From positions 1-16,016 of the forward strand of contig CAXXSM010000119.1 of assembly GCA_963663405.2 (NCBI GenBank): 16,016 nt of DNA. The letters run 5' to 3'. The DNA comes from a bacterium. GTDB taxonomy: Bacteria > Hinthialibacterota > Hinthialibacteria > Hinthialibacterales > Hinthialibacteraceae. The position numbers and the translations under genes are program-made. Below, one piece after another: positions 8,581 to 16,016 of this stretch (its first letter is position 1; the number at the start of each line of letters is the position of its first letter). A model generated the notes under the pieces. It was given only the letters and a program-made list of their open reading frames with translations, had not been told where the DNA came from and searched no databases.

Positions 8581-8890
8581 CTCCTTTATCTAATTCCTTT
8601 TATTTACCAACCAGTATGTATGAGCCGTTCAAGCGCAGGTACGCTATCGATGCGGAGTATAAATGCGTTGGGGATTTTGAGAAACTGATGACATGCGACA
8701 GTCTACACAACTTATTCAATCGAAAAGTGCTGAAAGATCTCCACGATGGGATCGCAGCAAAGAAGTGGAGTATCGCGCACAAAAATTAGAATTAAATCTG
8801 CAGATCACCAAACGCGTATTCAAGCCGATCAAACGCTTATATCGTGACATAGGAGCGCGTATGGATAATAACAAAAGCCGATCATTCTTT

Positions 8891-8927
8891 CTCCGCCAAC
8901 TGGAGATACGTGGCCAGTTGGCCGGAG
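8891..8927 (+). promoter_or_regulatory. hairpin sequestering the RBS of the ArdC-like gene
   Basis: CTCCGCCAACTGG / CCAGTTGG(C)CGGAG forms a 13-bp stem with one bulge and a 10-nt loop, covering GGAG of GGAGG (8924-8928). Confidence 0.55.
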
Positions 8928-8936
8928 GTGACAAGT

Positions 8937-9845
8937 GTGAAACCCAACAATGCGTCAAGAACAGAAAAGAGCCAAAGAAAACAAGAAGAATTTATTCAAG
9001 AAAGCAAGCGGATAATCGACGCCACTCTGCAAAAACTCGCGAACCAGCTCGAACAAGGGATTTCGGATGCGATGAAGCGATATTTAAAAACAATGTCTCT
9101 TTTTCCCAATTATTCGATAGGAAACCAGCAGCTGATCATCTCCCAGAAACCGAATGCCAGCCACGTGTGTGGTTACCACGTTTGGAAGCAATTGAATCGG
9201 TTTGTTCGTAAGGGAGAAAAAGGAATCATTGAGGATGAGAATCGCGATGAACGTGATTCGAATCAAGAAATCCAACTCGATAAGAAATTTCTGAGCGGAT
9301 TTCGAATTGTCCGGGTCTTTGATCTTAGCCAAACTGGCGGGGAAAACCTCCCACAGTCTTCAATTGCCCAAGGGGATGCGAAAGCAATTCTTTCTCTCCT
9401 GGAACGAGCAGTATCCGCGAATCGAATTCAACTCAAATACGGATATATGGGCCGCGCACTTGGGATGACTTATAACGGCCGAATCATTATCCGGCCCGGA
9501 ATGCCGCCAGCGGAAACGTTCTCAACGCTGGTTCATGAATTCGCTCATGTCATTCTGCACCAAGTGAATTCCACAAAGAAAGAAACAAAAACAGTTGAAG
9601 AACTCGAAGCAGACTCGGCCGCCTGTGTGGTATGTGAACGGTTTGGATTGAACGCCATCCAGGCTTCAGCGGATTATATCCAAATCTGGAACGGAGACAA
9701 AAGAATTTTACTCCAAAGGTTGGATCGAATCCGATCTTGCGCATCGCAAATTATACAGGCTATCGAGAAGGAAACTAGAATTGAAGCTGATTCCAAATCG
9801 CAGACGTACTCACAATCAATTTATATTTCAGCGCGAAATGATTGA
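8937..9845 (+). CDS. ArdC-like ssDNA-binding/antirestriction protein with zincin-type metallopeptidase domain
   Basis: N-terminal NYSIGNQQLI..Q.PNASHVCGYHVWKQLNRFVRKGEKGI..VFDLSQTGG and C-terminal TLVHEFAHVILH..ELEADSAA..SADYIQIW. Likely start GTG 8937, 8 nt after GGAGG. Confidence 0.85.
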   Translation: MKPNNASRTEKSQRKQEEFIQESKRIIDATLQKLANQLEQGISDAMKRYLKTMSLFPNYSIGNQQLIISQKPNASHVCGYHVWKQLNRFVRKGEKGIIEDENRDERDSNQEIQLDKKFLSGFRIVRVFDLSQTGGENLPQSSIAQGDAKAILSLLERAVSANRIQLKYGYMGRALGMTYNGRIIIRPGMPPAETFSTLVHEFAHVILHQVNSTKKETKTVEELEADSAACVVCERFGLNAIQASADYIQIWNGDKRILLQRLDRIRSCASQIIQAIEKETRIEADSKSQTYSQSIYISARND

Positions 9846-10284
9846 GATTTTCTTTCGCACTGAGTCACTCCAATTTCAGGGACGCGCAAAACACGACAAA
9901 ATATGATTGTTTAGTTTTCGAACAGTACTCGTTGGCGAACGTTCGAATCTGGTGTTCGACTAAATCGATTTATGATACTCTTCAATTCACCATCGTTCTT
10001 GAGAAAAATCGACGAGACAAGAATAATCGAACGCAAGATCACTGCAAACCAGACAAAGGATTCCCGTGCTTCACTCATTGTTTCAGACCTCACTAAAACA
10101 GCCATTTTAGCCTCAAAATAATCGCAAATAAGATTCCCACTTTCTGAGGGAATTTGCTGTCAGCCTACTCCCCTCTACAATCCAGTAATTCAATAAATAA
10201 AAAAACAGAGAGGGACTCATCATTTCTCCTTTATCACATTCCGATTATTTACAGAAGATTTTAGGCACGGACAAGAGAAATCCG

Positions 10285-10830
10285 GTGTTTACGATTTTCT
10301 GCGATGAAGAGGAAGACCAGTTGCATGTCTATTACGGCGCGGATCTATTAGAAATTGTACCGGACGATCGAGAGCATATCGAATACAAATTACTCGTCGC
10401 TCGACTCTACAACGCCAACCTCAATGCGACCATCTTGCAAGAAGTCTTTCAAGTGGACCGGAAAACCATGAAGCGGTGGGGCGCCGCTCTTCGCTCTGGG
10501 GATAGTGAACAACTACGGAAAGTGTTGTTTGGCCGCCAAGCGCGAAGAAAACTCACTCCGGAAATCGAATCGTATATCCGCATGCGATTTCCCGCGATTT
10601 ACGAGGAAACAAAATATGAATATAGCAAACGGATGCGGGAAGAAATTGAGCAGGTGTTCGGCTGCACGCTATCCGGGGAAACGCTCCGTCCCTTGCTGAG
10701 AGAATTGAAGGAAAGCATAAAAGATCAAAAGGAAAATGAGGAAACTCCCTGGGATTGTGAGCAGGAACCCGAGATCGAAGAAGAGGAGAAGACAAGCGAA
10801 ATTGGCTCTGAAAACGAAGAAATTCGATAA
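10285..10830 (+). CDS. transposase N-terminal/HTH part (in frame with the downstream ORF)
   Basis: HTH-like LQEVFQVDRKTMKRWG. The frame is open upstream to 10201 (LQKILGTDKRNPV) and ends in TAA 24 nt before the next in-frame ATG. Confidence 0.75.
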   Translation: MFTIFCDEEEDQLHVYYGADLLEIVPDDREHIEYKLLVARLYNANLNATILQEVFQVDRKTMKRWGAALRSGDSEQLRKVLFGRQARRKLTPEIESYIRMRFPAIYEETKYEYSKRMREEIEQVFGCTLSGETLRPLLRELKESIKDQKENEETPWDCEQEPEIEEEEKTSEIGSENEEIR

Positions 10831-10854
10831 CAATCTAAGGAGTCATCCACACCA

Positions 10855-12489
10855 ATGCCTTGTAACAATCGCAAGGAGTCTCCCGAATTAAAGGAAGCCT
10901 TTCCGGAGGAAGTGACGCTGTGTCATCACCTGGGCGTGTTGCTGTTCAGCGCCTTGTTTCTCAGTCTCGACGCTTTCCCGGGGGAGGCGAGTTGGCTGCT
11001 CAAACAATGGGTGACGATCATCTTGTTAGGAGCGGTCAATATCGAACAAACCAAGTTGCTGGATTTCGAGGATTTGAAACGGCTTTTGGGGAAGTGCATG
11101 CGCTCCTTGCATGACCAACGAACGCATCTGGGCCAAATGGCGACGGTCGCGATGGCGGAGCAGGTTCTTCGGTTAAACGCCGCGGAGGTCGATGCGGCGG
11201 CGAACGATGACTTTTATTACGATCCCCATACGAAACTCTATACAGGAATCCAGAACGTCTTGAAAGGCTGGTGTCCAAGCATTCGTTCGGCGGATAAAGC
11301 GCTCCATATGGATTTTATTCACACGGCGGCGGGGCATCCGGTGTATCTCGAATCGACCGATAACTACGAAGACATGCGGGATCGGTTTTTTCAGGTGACC
11401 AACCACTTTCGAGCGCTTTTACAGATGGATAAAAAGAAGGTGATCACCTTCATCGTTGACCGTGGGATATACAGTCTTGAAGTCTTTCAGAAATTCATCG
11501 AAGATCCTTCCACGCATGTGATCACGTGGGAAAAGAATTACAAGTTGGCGCCTTGGCCAGCGGAACCGGCGCCGGGAGCCTTCACGCTGGAACGGAACCG
11601 CAATTGCGCTACGGATCTGCAACTCTATACCTTTGTCTACCTTGATGAGCGCTGGGAAAAGGATTCGTCGATGCGGAGGCTGCGCGTGCGCGCGGCCAAT
11701 CCCAAAGGACGGACGATCGAGGTAGGCGTATTGACCGATGACTTGACTCGGCCGGCCCCAGAGATAATTACCTTGATCTTCCGGCGCTGGATCCAGGAAA
11801 ATGATTTTAAGTATTTGGACAAACACTTTGGGATTAACGAAATCACCAGTTATGCGGTGATTCCTTACAAGCGGTTACAAGATCACCTGGAAGATAAACA
11901 AATGAAGAGCGGCGCGTATAAAGCGCTGGAAATGGAACGAAGCCAAACGCAAGAGAAATTGGGCAAACTCTTGGTCCAGGAGCGTCAACATCCCGGAAAA
12001 AATGCGAAACGAGCCGAAAAGATTCAAACCTTGTCTCACCGGCTGGATGAGATTGACGAGGAAATGAAAACGACAGAAAAGGAAATGTCCCGGCTCGAGT
12101 TTTTAATCGAGCAGGATTGCGTCCGCTTGGATACACGCAATAAATATTTGATGGACGTTTTGAAATTGTTGGCGCGAAATATCTTTTATAAAATGCTGGA
12201 GCCGTTCAAAAAAGAGTATGATAATTTCAGGGATGATCACGTGCTCTTTCGTTCCTTAACTCAATCGGATGGAGTCATCAAACAACAGGGAGATCAGGTG
12301 GAAGTCATTCTCCTTCCGAAACCGAATTATCCACCGAAAGTCAGGCGGATTATGGAGCAGTATCTGGCTAACATCAATGAGACCCACCCCCTTATGCCCG
12401 ATGGCTCGAATCGGCAAATTCACTTTCGACTGGGGAAAAAATCGGAATTTGAAATTGCGATTGTTTCAGTACCAAAACGGCCGAAATAG
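10855..12489 (+). CDS. DDE transposase catalytic part
   Basis: FYYDPHTKLYTG, TFIVDRG, IFRRWIQENDFKY (IS4-superfamily-like RWxxExxFK). The stop codon lies inside the right IR. Confidence 0.85.
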   Translation: MPCNNRKESPELKEAFPEEVTLCHHLGVLLFSALFLSLDAFPGEASWLLKQWVTIILLGAVNIEQTKLLDFEDLKRLLGKCMRSLHDQRTHLGQMATVAMAEQVLRLNAAEVDAAANDDFYYDPHTKLYTGIQNVLKGWCPSIRSADKALHMDFIHTAAGHPVYLESTDNYEDMRDRFFQVTNHFRALLQMDKKKVITFIVDRGIYSLEVFQKFIEDPSTHVITWEKNYKLAPWPAEPAPGAFTLERNRNCATDLQLYTFVYLDERWEKDSSMRRLRVRAANPKGRTIEVGVLTDDLTRPAPEIITLIFRRWIQENDFKYLDKHFGINEITSYAVIPYKRLQDHLEDKQMKSGAYKALEMERSQTQEKLGKLLVQERQHPGKNAKRAEKIQTLSHRLDEIDEEMKTTEKEMSRLEFLIEQDCVRLDTRNKYLMDVLKLLARNIFYKMLEPFKKEYDNFRDDHVLFRSLTQSDGVIKQQGDQVEVILLPKPNYPPKVRRIMEQYLANINETHPLMPDGSNRQIHFRLGKKSEFEIAIVSVPKRPK

Positions 12490-12602
12490 TGAGTTCTGTT
12501 GTTTGTAAAAACTTGCCGGATTAAGAGAACCGGAAAATCCAGTCCTTTCATATATACCGGTACGGTCGACCTTCTTCCAATGTATTTTTATTGAATGCTT
12601 TA

Positions 12603-12631
12603 GTGGCTCTCATGGGTATTGAGAGAGCCAC
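12603..12631 (+). other. stem-loop upstream of small ORF
   Basis: GTGGCTCTC / GAGAGCCAC perfect 9-bp stem, extendable by CTTT/AAAG. No U-tract follows. Confidence 0.5.
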
Positions 12632-12654
12632 GAAAGAGTGGTTACTTGTAGGAG

Positions 12655-12885
12655 GTGATTACCATAGAAAAATCGAAATCGATAACTAGCGAAAGGCACG
12701 AATCAGTGCGTTTTATAGGCAGATGCGTATGCGGGAATATCTTGGAACCGGCGTTTAATCCTAATTTGAATATTGTTTTTTGGAATTGTTTTGAATGCTT
12801 TCCATTCTACGATCGGGCCACGAAAGAACAGCGGGAAGAATTGATCCAGTCGTTTGAGGATAATGGATTCTTAAAACGAGAGTAG
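12655..12885 (+). CDS. small hypothetical protein with CxC...CxxC (possible zinc ribbon)
   Basis: RCVCGN...WNCFEC. GGAGG at 12651-12655 is best spaced for an in-frame ATA at 12664. Confidence 0.45.
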   Translation: MITIEKSKSITSERHESVRFIGRCVCGNILEPAFNPNLNIVFWNCFECFPFYDRATKEQREELIQSFEDNGFLKRE

Positions 12886-13082
12886 TGACGCCTTTATATT
12901 TTTTTTCTTTGCAGATACAAACGCGATTTACAATAATAGAATTTTTTTCTTTTGGGCTTCAGCCTATAGAAATTACGCCGGGTAAGACGTACATCAGTAC
13001 ACTCTACTCAGCGGCTATTTGGAAGGTTAAAGAATTTTCGCTAAAACGACGCCCATACCAAGACAGCGGTTGGTTCGACGGT

Positions 13083-13256
13083 TTACACTTTTACGTAGGT
13101 GACGTTGACAAGGCCTGACCAAGTTCCAATCCGAACACCGCCGATCGAGAGTTTTTCTTTCGCCGAGGTATCAGGATCGGGTTCTTCCGGTTCTACGGGA
13201 ATATGTTCCGCCTCCAGCTGCCAATCCGGCTCATTCTCACCTATAAAATCATTCAT
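13083..13256 (-). CDS. small hypothetical protein or truncated gene
   Basis: ATG 13256 preceded by AAGGAAAG, directly downstream of the FGE-domain gene. Acidic and Pro-rich N-terminus. Confidence 0.35.
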   Translation of the reverse strand: MNDFIGENEPDWQLEAEHIPVEPEEPDPDTSAKEKLSIGGVRIGTWSGLVNVTYVKV

Positions 13257-13338
13257 TTCTTTCCTTGCAAAGTATTCTAGATTTTGGTAGATACTGATGA
13301 TGGAAAAAAACAAAAGTTAAGGATACAAGAGTAAAAGG

Positions 13339-15135
13339 TTAAGGCGTCCGGGAAACCGCCACACGGAATCCTAGGTTATTGAGCGAAGAGTCTGGTGTGC
13401 GACCATAGCGGTTCGCCGAACGGCAGTACATAGGATCGTTGTACCAATAATCACCGCGAATTGCGCGATTTGAACTGGTTTCACTCGATTGATTTATTGG
13501 GTCAATCTCCGGCGAATTTTCATAATAATGAACATCGTACACATCCAGACACCATTCCGCCACATTTCCGCTCATATCAAAGAGTCCCCAATCATTTGGC
13601 AGTTTTAATCCTACCTCTTTTACCCCATCAGGACTGTTATTTCCATTAAACCAGGCGTAATCGTGGATCATCGTGTAATCCGAATCCTCCCCCCAATAAA
13701 ACGCCGTCTCCGTTCCGGCCCGGCAAGCGTACTCCCATTCTGCTTCTGAGGGCAACCGGAATAGTCCTTGCCCTAATTCATTCATTTTCCCTATGAATGT
13801 CTGGCAGTCATTCCAACTCACATAGTAAACGGGATAGTTGTTTCCAACGCCATAATCATTTGACGGATTACTGCCCATTATCGCTTCCCACTGCGCCTGT
13901 GTCACCTCATATTTCCCAAGATAAAAATCTTGTGTGATTGTCACTTGATGTCTTGGCCCTTCATCATCCCCACGGTTTTTCTCATTATCTGGGCTGCCCA
14001 TCATGAATGTTCCTGAGGGGATCAATATCATCTCTAACCGCATTGCGCCGGCTGGGAGATTGGGAATGTCTATCGTGATTTCAGTTAGAGAAGTTGGGGT
14101 TGGGGTATTGGTTGGGGTATTGGTTGGGGTTGATGTCCGGGATATTAGTGGGTATGGCTGTAGGTATAGCTGTGGGTATTAGTGTTGGTATGGAAGTGGG
14201 TATTTCCGTTGAAGGAATCACTTGAGTCGGGCGTTGGAGTTGGTTCTACATCTGGCGCCTCTTCTTCCACTTGGTACATCAACTTGCCGCTGACCATCTT
14301 AGATACACTGACTTCAGGATCTAATGGCATTAGGAACACTTTGAATTGATAAGTATGTCCGTTTTTCAGGTCCGTTAATAAACGTCTCTTTGGTTTTAAA
14401 ATCTTGGTTGGGAGTCCACCAGAAGTAATTGATTTTTCCTGTGAGAGTCTGTCCTAACATCGTAAAATTAGCGCCATCTACACTTACATACACATGATAT
14501 TCATTTACAGTCGCTGGATCCACATCGAAATTCCATGCGATTTGGATCGCGCGCCAATCGGCCCGATCCATGTCGGAGCCTATACTCCCCTGTGGCGCTA
14601 TATCATCAATGCCAAGAATGTCATCACAGATCACAACTTTCTTTTCTTTGATATACGGCGGCTCCGGTTGCGCGACGGATAATTTGTTTCCACCTTCAAG
14701 ATTGAATCCAACCGCGCCAGTCATATCATAGAAATCGTCCGGTCCCAGCGATCCATCGATGCGAATCATGCGAAACGTATAAACAGAATTGAAATCAGGT
14801 CCATTTTCAAATTCTTTGCTCACGCGAGGCGCGTTTGGATACCAGTCAAAGCTGACATCATTGCCCGCTCCCGTGGCGCCCAAGTATTTCATACCACCGA
14901 AACCTTTGCGAATGTAAACGTGCCAATTGGTCGCGCCGGTTTGCGAGCCCTTGCAGTAAATAGTCAAGTTGCGATTATCGATAGGATCGAGATCGGTGTC
15001 GCCAGTCAAGTCACCCGATGTGTCTCCTGGATTATCAAAGATGACTACGGAAGCGTTCTCAACCGCCCTCGTGTCAGCTAAAGTGAAAGAGAACATCAAT
15101 AACAGAATTGAACATCTATGGACTATCTTTCTCAT
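13339..15135 (-). pseudogene. secreted FGE-sulfatase (SUMF1/EgtB/PvdO-type) domain protein with two N-terminal repeats and a Pro/Thr linker; three +1 frameshifts (possibly sequencing error)
   Basis: ATG 15135 after GGAGG and a signal peptide. C-terminal domain IPSGTFMMGS..KYEVTQAQW..RLPSEAEWEYACRAG..GLFDMSGNVAEW..GFRV. Removing one base each at 14362-14366, 14229-14231 and 14137-14138 joins the three track ORFs into one frame. Confidence 0.85.
14092..14245 (-). repeat. Pro/Thr-rich linker of degenerate 12-bp tandem repeats
   Basis: Corrected translation PTPTPTQVIPSTEIPTSIPTLIPTAIPTAIPTNIPTSTPTNTPTNTPTPT. TTGGGGTATTGG is repeated on the plus strand. Confidence 0.8.
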
Positions 15136-15427
15136 TCCTATTTCCTCCATACTATAAATTGTTTGATATTAACATATTCTTAAAAAAGTTGTATAGTCCA
15201 TATATTCGAATCATTTTGATTTTTCCAAAAAGATTTTTGAGGAATTTATTTTCTATAACGAACGCGATAGTAAGGTTGAAATTGGAAGACTGAAAGATAT
15301 ACCAACGCAAGTGAGAACAAACTGTACGCTATTTGGTTCTTTCCAAACCACAATCCGTTCCGCCACATAGGCGACTCTTGTAAATGGAGAGCCGCCACGA
15401 GGATGACTCAACTAGAGTGTGATTGAA

Positions 15428-15733
15428 ATGAATGAAAACACAAACCAACTTATGAATGGAAAAACCGTAAGCAAAACCGAGAAGACGAAGCAACTCCCTA
15501 ACCTGGATCATCTTCATATGATCTGGCAATGTTTTTCGCTGCATGAATTTTTAGAGGAAGAAGTTTTGGACTACTTGAACGACAAACTATTCAATGAATC
15601 TCTCAAGACGAAGTTGGATGAAGGGCAATTCGATCAATCTCTCTACGATCTTCTTGTCATGCGTCGCGCGTTTGAGTTGATGAAAAAATTCTATCGTGAA
15701 AGAGGATTTGTTTTCGATATGGAAAAGAAATGA
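15428..15733 (+). CDS. hypothetical protein (~101 aa)
   Basis: Open frame with helical, protein-like composition. Start uncertain (15419 or 15428). No family recognised. Confidence 0.6.
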   Translation: MNENTNQLMNGKTVSKTEKTKQLPNLDHLHMIWQCFSLHEFLEEEVLDYLNDKLFNESLKTKLDEGQFDQSLYDLLVMRRAFELMKKFYRERGFVFDMEKK

Positions 15734-15805
15734 GATTTTTTTGACGCGTTCAATTTTCGTTGTCTTTAGTCTTGAAGACAACCAAAATCAAATGAGGTGA
15801 AACAT

Positions 15806-15962
15806 ATGAAGAGAAAAGAGATTATCCAACAGACCGGTTCGAGAGGAACCAGACGCGCGGGATCGGTTGCTGAATCTGATCGCAAGCGATGGGCAATCGG
15901 ATCGCCATCGCGACGATGAATTACGCGCGGCCTGGGAATCAGAATTCGGTCCGATCATATAA
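15806..15962 (+). pseudogene. small hypothetical ORF with apparent +1 frameshift
   Basis: GAGGTG SD then ATG 15806. Removing one A from the run near 15814-15817 gives MKRKRLSNRPVREEPDARDRLLNLIASDGQSDRHRDDELRAAWESEFGPII*. Confidence 0.4.
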
Positions 15963-16016
15963 TCCATTTTTCTTTTTTTTACTGTCGGTTGCTTCGATCG
16001 TTTTCTCGATCCCATC

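Larger units (their letters stand above)
10084..12498 (+). mobile_element. complete 2415-bp insertion sequence (IS4/IS1634-like DDE), 27-bp IRs, 6-bp TSD
   Basis: Left IR CAGACCTCACTAAAACAGCCATTTTAG vs reverse-complemented right IR CAGAACTCACTATTTCGGCCGTTTTGG (20/27). TTGTTT lies directly outside both ends (10078-10083, 12499-12504). Confidence 0.85.

Noticed and set aside
8693-9211. 172-aa ORF overlapping the ArdC-like gene
   Set aside because: More than half is an alternative frame of the ArdC-like gene, with no clear SD or family. Only the 5' part might be a gene remnant or leader.
9842-10105. ORFs 9842..10096 (+) and 9911..10105 (-)
   Set aside because: Both cross the IS left end and have no SD or recognisable motif. 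I could not identify a gene interrupted by the IS.
13339-13480. Diversity-generating retroelement variable region at the FGE-domain C-terminus
   Set aside because: FGE/C-type-lectin folds are known DGR targets, but I found no template-repeat copy and no reverse transcriptase in this window. A remote TR cannot be excluded.
14092-14245. CRISPR-like or VNTR array
   Set aside because: These are contiguous degenerate 12-bp units encoding a Pro/Thr linker, with no unique spacers and no cas genes.
1470-15332. Four copies of TACGCTAT (about 1470 minus, 5847, 8640, 15325)
   Set aside because: There is no shared flanking sequence or consistent context, and the motif is too short to call.

Overview
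AT-rich bacterial accessory region dominated by insertion sequences and their remnants, interleaved with secreted-protein genes. The left end carries an ISKra4-family transposase running off the window, which the ORF track misses. It is followed by a candidate sRNA unit, a hypothetical gene, a second decayed ISKra4 fragment, and a DUF5610-like gene behind a sigma28-like promoter. Two decayed copies of one IS481-like (rve) element, one apparently nested in an ISAzo13 remnant, bracket two secreted proteins that share a C-terminal SS[VA]xxWxxY tail. Next come an ArdC-like gene whose RBS lies in a hairpin, a complete 2415-bp IS (27-bp IRs, 6-bp TSD TTGTTT) whose transposase is split by one in-frame TAA, and small ORFs. 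The right part holds a secreted FGE-sulfatase (SUMF1)-domain gene broken by three +1 frameshifts. No rRNA, tRNA, CRISPR array or reverse transcriptase was seen. All family assignments come from manual motif recognition, not database searches.
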